From assembly GCA_004431415.1 (NCBI GenBank), contig QPMI01000047.1, positions 124,001 to 188,000 of the forward strand: 64,000 nucleotides of DNA, in the 5' to 3' direction. The notes beneath the pieces are model-generated. The model had not been told where the DNA came from and did no database searches. It was given only the letters and a program-made list of their open reading frames with translations. Position 1 is the first letter of the stretch. Every line of letters starts with the position of its first letter. This DNA comes from Cyanophora paradoxa CCMP329. Lineage: Eukaryota > Plantae > Glaucophyta. Made by a program: the position numbers and the translations under genes. Below, in pieces: positions 57,017 to 64,000 of the stretch.

Positions 57017-59125
57017 CTACAGCGAGCCGCGCCTTCGCTCTCGACGTCGACGTCGCCGCGTCCTTTTCTTTGAATGTCTCGTCTCCCGTGCCCCGCTCTG
57101 TGCCAGTGTGGTTTCCGCACGCGCATCATACATAGTATTGCTTCCCTAGCCTCCTCGCCCTCTTCTGTTCCCCGTCTTCGCTAAAGTATTCGAATTTCGA
57201 ATTCAGCAATGGATTGCCGACTTTCTTTTCGACACTGCAGCTGGCCGCCGGGCGTTTGTGCCTGCCAGGCTGCGGCGGCGGCAGCCTTAAAAAGCTTCCG
57301 GCGCCATGCCCCTGCACTGGGCCTGCAGTGGCAGCAGTGCATGCCGCATCGGCGGATCGGCCGGCGCCCGCATGCGCAGTGCGCATGCACGCCGTGACGA
57401 GGTCGACGGCATTAATTATAATCATAGTACTACACAGTAATATTGCGGCTGGAGGCCGCGGCCCGCGGGACCCGATCCGAGCCGATCGCGCGATCATGCA
57501 CTGCGCATGCGGGGCCAGCCGCCAGTGCGGGCAGTCTCAGAGTCTGCGGCAGCGGCCGCGGCGGCGCCCGGCGGCCGGCGGGTCATGGCCATGGCCAATC
57601 ATGTCCGACGGTCCGACGCCGGACCGACGGTCATGCCGCGTGCATATGATGATCAATCGATATCCGATTCGATCGTGGCATGCGCAAGTTACACTGGCAA
57701 GCGCAAGTCGTATACCTGGCCCGGAAATTTCGAATTCAGATATAAATTGTCGCACTTGAGTGCACGATAATTAAATATCTACTAAGCTTTAAGTTACTAC
57801 TACTTACTACTAAGTTACTAGCTAGTTTAAATTTACTCAGTATCGTATTCGAATTCATTAGCATCTTTTCATATTATTTATTGATTATGCGCGTATCGAT
57901 ATCTCAGAGTCGACGTCTTACATTTGACACCCGTCATGACGCGGACGCGGACCCGGACGCGGATCTTCCGAGTTCGAATTCGAGCTTCGAAGTTCGAAGT
58001 CGACGTCCGACCGTCCAAAAACCGATCGCGAATCGATTCGCGATTTCCGATGATCGTCATCATATCGATATCCATGCATATATGATCCGATCGACTCCCA
58101 TTACGAGTCACATAATAGACCTATACTAGTATGCATCATTTTCAGGCATATCCGATGATTCGCGGGCGACGTCGACCATTACTGGCATGAATCGGACTCA
58201 TGATCGATATCATCGACGATATGTAATTATAATCTGCGCGAGAAGATCGATATCTAGAACTTGCAATTGACGCAACGCACTTGGCACTGTTGCACTGCGG
58301 CAATTGGCACAATTTGCTTAATTTGGCAGTCGCCTTGGCCCAGACTCCCAGACTAATAACTTTTATATAATTCGTAATAAGAATCCCAGTGGCAACTTGA
58401 TGACAAGAATTCGAAGCCTTTAATTTGCAATTGATCATGACTCAGTAAAGAACGTGCGAAGTTACACTGCGAACTTGAAAGTCTTGAATTCGAAACGGTT
58501 CACGGTTCAACGGTTAACAGCCCGGCGCCGGGCCGCCGGCGCCGGCTGGCGGCGGCGCGGCGCCCGGCTCGGCGCCTCGCGATCGTCCGACGGTCGCGGG
58601 CCTCGCGGCCTCAGGGCCTCGACGTCCGAGTACTACTACTAGTACGTATCATGATCGTATCGCGATCGTAGGCAGAGTGCACTTGTACCGTAGTACTGCC
58701 GCTGCATGCCTACTATTGCGTATACGTAGCTAACGGCGAGCCAAGCGCGCGGCGAGCCAACTTGGCAAGCGCTGCCGCGTAGCTATAGTGCACGTGCACG
58801 GCTACATACTGTGCATGCGCACGTATACGTACTGCGCAGCTGCATATGCATCCGTTACTAGTTAGCGACTAGTATATAGTGCACGTACGTATACGTGGCA
58901 GCACTGGCAGCGTCGATCAGAGCTCGAGTATACGTATACAGCTCAACTTGTAAGCTTATATTGCATCGATATCGATATCGTCCGGAGTCCGGACCGGCGA
59001 CGCGCCAGCCGCGCCGCGGCCGGCCGGCTTCGTACGCGTGTTGACTACGATCGTGAGCTCGAAGGGCGGACACGCGCGCGTGCGTATATATACGTACGAG
59101 TGCGCACGCGTACGCGCGCGGGCCC

Positions 59126-62100
59126 ATGCATATGGCCAGGCGGGTTTCCTCAAGCAGGTGTACGGCCCATGGCCATGCTTTGGAGGTGTACATTCTCGCA
59201 GTAATAGTCGTCGTATACGTGTCCAGCTGCAGCGCGGTAGCCGCCGCCGGCCAGGCGCCGGCGACGAGCTTCTTGACGCTGCTGTCCTCTTCAAGCGCTG
59301 AATGTGTCGTTTCGGAATCTGCATCCTGCAGAGTGGAGTGGGAGGTCGCCAACAGCACCTTCGTCTACGATCTGCGAGTCTGCAATATGAATGGAACGAC
59401 ATCAGCAGCCATGGCCAACGTAACGTGCGCCATCCGAAGCGCTTTGAAGGACATCCAATCATGGTACAACACAACCGGCACCAACAGCACCCAGCTTGCG
59501 CTGGCGGCAGCCGATCTTCAGCGTGTTTGCGGTGGCAATCTGACCAGGTGCGCCGGCCCAGGCCTAGGATGTCATTTATATATATCTACGTATATATGCA
59601 CATTCGAATTCCTTCATGCATGTTGACTTGCGCGTGCGCACACACGCGTACGCGCGATTGCAGCTGCTCCGCATTCTTTGTGATCTCCTATCAGAACGGA
59701 TCGGCTCCAGCCTATATATATGCGAGCAGAGCTGTCACGCTGAAAGCAGCCCCGGTGAACATCGCTCCGAGCTCCGATCACCTCTGCACGAACTTGGATG
59801 CGAGTTGCACGGTTCGCTGGAACAGCACGGCCGCTGCTGCGGAGTCTGTAGATGTGTATGTTTGCCGAGCGTCAGCCTACAGCAACGGAGCCTGCGTCAC
59901 TGTACGCCTATATATTCTGTGGATGTTGCAGACGCGCTATCGCTCTAAGAACTTCCGCATGCGCAGCTGGCCACCTCCGTAACAGCTCAAGTCTTCGAGT
60001 ACAGAGTCACGCAAGCCGCAGCTGTCAGTCTTTGCAGGTGCGGCAGGGCCCCGGGGCATATGCATGTTTACGATCAGGTGCAGATGGGACATATATACTA
60101 TGATCCTGATATGCATTCGGCATTCGCATTTCGCGCAGCTCCACGAACAGAGGGATCTACAACTGCTCCGCGTTCTGGATTGTGAGGCCAGCCGGCCAGC
60201 CAGAGGCCGATCGTACGCAGGAGGGCGTCCGCGCTGTCAGGATCGCGTTCCACAAAGTCTTCATCAACCCGGCCCCGGCGTCTCCCTGTATGACCTCGAA
60301 CCGCTCATGCGCTGTCTCTTGGGACGACTTCGCTGCCGCCGCCGGCGGCTTTATCACCGTGAAGCGCTACGATGTTTTCTTGTGCCGATCCGATCAGAAC
60401 ACAGATTTGGCTGCCTCTTGTTTGCTGGTTTGAGACACTTCCTTCCTCGAATTTATTTCGCGGTTGCAATCGCATGAGCAGAAGCAATCTCGCAGGCGGG
60501 GAATACAACAGATCTATCTCTGCAGGTCAATGTGACGAGCTTTAATGTATCCACCGTATGCGGCCGCGGGTGTGTGCTCCTTTTTCGAATCGATCGCGAA
60601 TTATAAATTCGAATTCGGACTGCGATGCAGAAATCCAGTGTGGGAATGCGACGCATTCTGGATTGTTCGCGCGGTAGTGTCAAACACTTCTTCTTTCGAC
60701 GGATCTCATACCGTCAAGCTTTCCGCCGACGAAATTATGCTCGAGTGCATTCATAATAATTTATTTGGATTAAATTGAATGCAGACAAAATCGGCCATAT
60801 TATTCACCACGATTTCCCTGTACCGCAGGTCTTGGTCATCGCCGTTCTGTGCCTTAAATGAACCCTGCGTAATTAGGTGGTGGGGACGTGGCTCTTATCC
60901 CCAGGATATTACTTTTCTTCACCTCTGTCCAACTAGTACTCCCGATTCGAACCGCACGAATTGCGAGAACGTGCGCCGCCCACCCTCTTTATATTTATTT
61001 TATATATTTCTATAGCTAACCGAGGCTCGCGATCACGGAAGCTTGCGGAGGGGAATACCACCGTGGTCGACCCCGCGGCCCGAACGTTTACCGTGACCCT
61101 GAGATGGCCGCACTTCAAAAACTTCTGCGGGTGCGCTCGCCGTATATAAATTTATCATTAAAGCTCCCGGCTCGCGCGTGCGAGACACACCACATAATCA
61201 TGATCACAAACGTTAACCCCTCCGGCGTAGGGAGGGCGTATTTTCGTGCGAGGCTTTCGCCATCGTCAGTGCACGTGGCAGCAGTACAAGTATACCAGCT
61301 GGCGGTGCATGGCTATCTATCTGGCTGTTATCGTACTACCCTATAGTCTCCAATTCATCTTCACGGTCGGTGGATATGGAATGCGTGACAAGCGGCAATG
61401 TTAACTGCACCGTCACCTGGCGCGGTATCGAAATCGCACCTGCGTACAATGTCTATTTAGGCCCTCTATTGGTATATAATCAATCAATTTAGATAACACG
61501 AATTCGTGGAATCGATTTCTCGGTCGCACGCAGATCGTGACTGGAAACTCGAGCATACCTGTCAATGACTTCGCATTGGCGATGTCGCGATCGCAAATCA
61601 TAAACTTGGACACCCCTATTTATAATTTTACGTATGCGATCTCCGTCAACGACGTTTACACAATTTGCGGGTTCGAATTTCATGTCGAGTCATATGCGAA
61701 ATGCATTCCGCCGCATTGTCATTTTAATTTCGCATGCGTTCGCCGTGACGCCGCGCTCAGGTTCGGTGTTGACTCTTGCAATACGACTATGAAGGTGGAA
61801 ACACTCAGATACGCTGCTGCGGGAGATGGGCCCTGGACCGACGGAACATTAGCACAATTGCAAGTCTTTCGTCCACTTAGAGTTACCGCAGACGTCCTTA
61901 GAATCTCCGCAGCCACTTCAGAAAGCTGCCAGCCTTCGTCGTATTACCTCCGACAGCAAGGGTTCGCATGCCGCGTCTTCTGGCACGTAAAAGAACCGGG
62001 ATTCGGATCATACAGCGTTTTTCTGTGTCCTATGACTTCCGTTATTGTAAGCTTGCTTAGCTTCTCAAACATCAATGAAAGCTCATGCGTCGTCGTACGT

Positions 62101-64000
62101 CATCTTTTGCGCCACCCATTGAATGTTTTGATCATGGCTCAATTTTATTCAGATGAATCCTACCAAGAGCGTTGCAACTGGCTCTTCCTCAGGCCTTGAA
62201 TTCTCCATTCAAGCTGTCGCAGTGTCGCGACTGTGCGGGTATGCAGTAGTTTGACGACTGTACGGAATTTCCAATATAAATGCATGACGGCCCGGTCCCC
62301 ACAAATCAGAGCGACGTCGGCGAGCTGCACCGTGGCTCTGGCGTTGAAGGGTCTTCTGCCGCGTGACAGTCTCGTCGCGTCTGCAAGCGCTGCATATGCT
62401 GTGAAAAGAATCTTTATCTCTACCTACGAGACGTCAGTGGGATTTGCGCCCGCAGCACCGATGCGGATGTTGTGCTACGCTGGGAGTGCATCCGCGTGCT
62501 CCGTTCCATGGGTGGTCGACTCTGGATTCACGGGCGTCGCCCTGAAGGAGCTAGGGCATGAATCTCGTACGGGAGTGTTGTTTGCAATCTGTAAGAATAG
62601 TCCCGCGCCGGCGCCGGCGTCGACGTCAGCGTCCGAAGAGCTCGAGGGCGACTACTTGCGTTCTCGGTTGCAATCTGGAGAATGCGAAGTGGTCAGGTTC
62701 ATTTCTCTGTCCGACACGCTGAGACAATTGCCGGCGATACTGGTGCGTTACGAGCATTCTGCCCGTTGCTGAATTAAAGACGAAGATTCGTGCAATGTTG
62801 ATACCGGCAAGCTGACATGCTTTAATCCGTTTCTAGAACGATGCATCGACAACGGTCAGATCAGGGATTGCTCTTCCACGATTATCGGATTTGCGAGAGC
62901 ACTTAAGCTTGAAAGCATGCAGTGAAAGACAGTGCGCGAGCCCGAGCTCAATGCACCAGACCAAGGACTGATGCCAGGCAGAACCAACTGCACTGCCTAC
63001 ATTGGTCTGTTTGCAGCATCTAAGAGAAACTACTCAACAAATCAGGACCCTTCGTTGCTTGCAGACCATATCATATCGAATTCTTTTCGAGAGGTCTCTG
63101 TCTTGAAGCCGACGCTTTCAGTCAACAAACAGTCATCGTCTCAGTCGTGTTCTGTCGTTCAATCGGAACGACGCGCAATTGACACCGACTGCGAGTTACC
63201 AATTTCTTGGATCACGAAACTGGATTACGCGAGGGTTGCGATCTGCAAGTCCCCAAGCTATAATAAAGGAGAATGTGTCGAGGTGCATGTGATTGCAATT
63301 GATCATGCATATGAAGTCCAAGTTTAGCCTACGCTAGCGCTGCAGATGCATTAAATTTGAATTCGAAATTCGCAGCTTGAGCCCAAGCTTGCGAGCTCTT
63401 CGTCTTCCAGATATCCCCTGAAAATCAACCGAAAAGCTTACGACAGCATCTGCGGGTGTGCATAATGCATATATAATTTATAATATTGATGGATATATAA
63501 TTAGTTGATTTAGACTGTTCACGATATCGATTGACTGAAAATGCAGGCCGCGACCGAGCTTGCTATTGGCGATGAAGCTGCGCTCCTGCAATGCATACGT
63601 CTTTGTCATCGGCTTGAGCTTGTCCGGGAACTCGAGCGGGTACTGGAGCTCGAGCGGAAGCCACAACTTCACTTACGATCATGATGAAAGTCAAACCGAC
63701 ACTCTCGATTCTCTACGGATCACTCTCGAATTGAATTTGCTTGACGTGCACGTGTCGGCCAGCGACACAGCAAGGTCCGGCGTGACCCTCGGCCACCACG
63801 CCGTCCCACCTCGACTGGTATCAGCGCTGACAATCCTGCTTCCTGTTATCTTCCCGGCCCTACTCGGCATTGGAGCGACTCACTTTAAGCGGCAGTCTGT
63901 ATTCGGCAGTCTTTATTCGGCAGTCTGCTTGGTTTTGTTTGTGGTGCAGTTCGTCGCCATTGTTCTCGCCATCGCGCTCCCGGCGTGGTTCGGCGATCCC
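59126..64000 (+). CDS. Large multi-exon secreted/membrane protein with repeated C-x-V-x-W beta domains and C-terminal TM helices (continues past window)
   Basis: Hydrophobic leader VYILAVIVVVYV; CRVEW, CTVRW, CAVSW, CVIRW, CTVTW, CRVFW, CSVPW, CELPISW, most followed by a V.LC motif; ILLPVIFPALLGIG and VCLVLFVVQFVAIVLAIALPAWF at the end. Confidence 0.6.

Noticed and set aside
21243-57770. Numerous long Arg/Pro/Gly/Ala-rich ORFs
   Set aside because: Expected from stop-codon scarcity in very GC-rich DNA; they cross introns and microsatellites (e.g. SFPFL/KERKG from GGAAA repeats).

Overview
Eukaryotic genomic DNA in three compartments. (1) 1-16163: the right-hand part of an AT-richer, intron-less endogenous Polinton-like virus (PLV/virophage-class; left end lies outside the window). 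It carries an AEP primase-PriCT-2 gene missed by the ORF track, an A32-type packaging ATPase, an HNH-AP2-AP2 endonuclease, a probable double-jelly-roll major capsid gene, two head-to-head penton-like paralogues and a bacteriophage-like fibre cassette (lectin-like domains, VATSGxYxDL repeats, C1q head, small partner protein). It ends in three G-tract iteron units and a perfect 28-bp-stem hairpin whose last base is the insertion junction. (2) 16164-21134: a near-identical ~1.94-kb tandem array of the 5' part of a HET-domain-like gene; the virus sits inside one copy, and the intact copies define the junction to the base. (3) 21.3-64 kb: very GC-rich, intron-dense host genes: a mucin-stalk multi-pass membrane protein, an unknown protein, a GAF-type hybrid histidine kinase, a multi-CCHC zinc-knuckle protein head-to-head with a choline/ethanolamine phosphotransferase, and a lower-GC Cys/Trp-repeat membrane protein. 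TA-flanked MITEs and palindrome-saturated intergenic DNA also occur. The host looks like a GC-rich alga/protist; a glaucophyte such as Cyanophora is only a guess from composition and intron style. Most GC-rich ORFs in the track are shadow frames, and the frameshifts I resolved are mostly homopolymer contractions, probably long-read errors. All calls come from reading motifs by eye; no searches were run.
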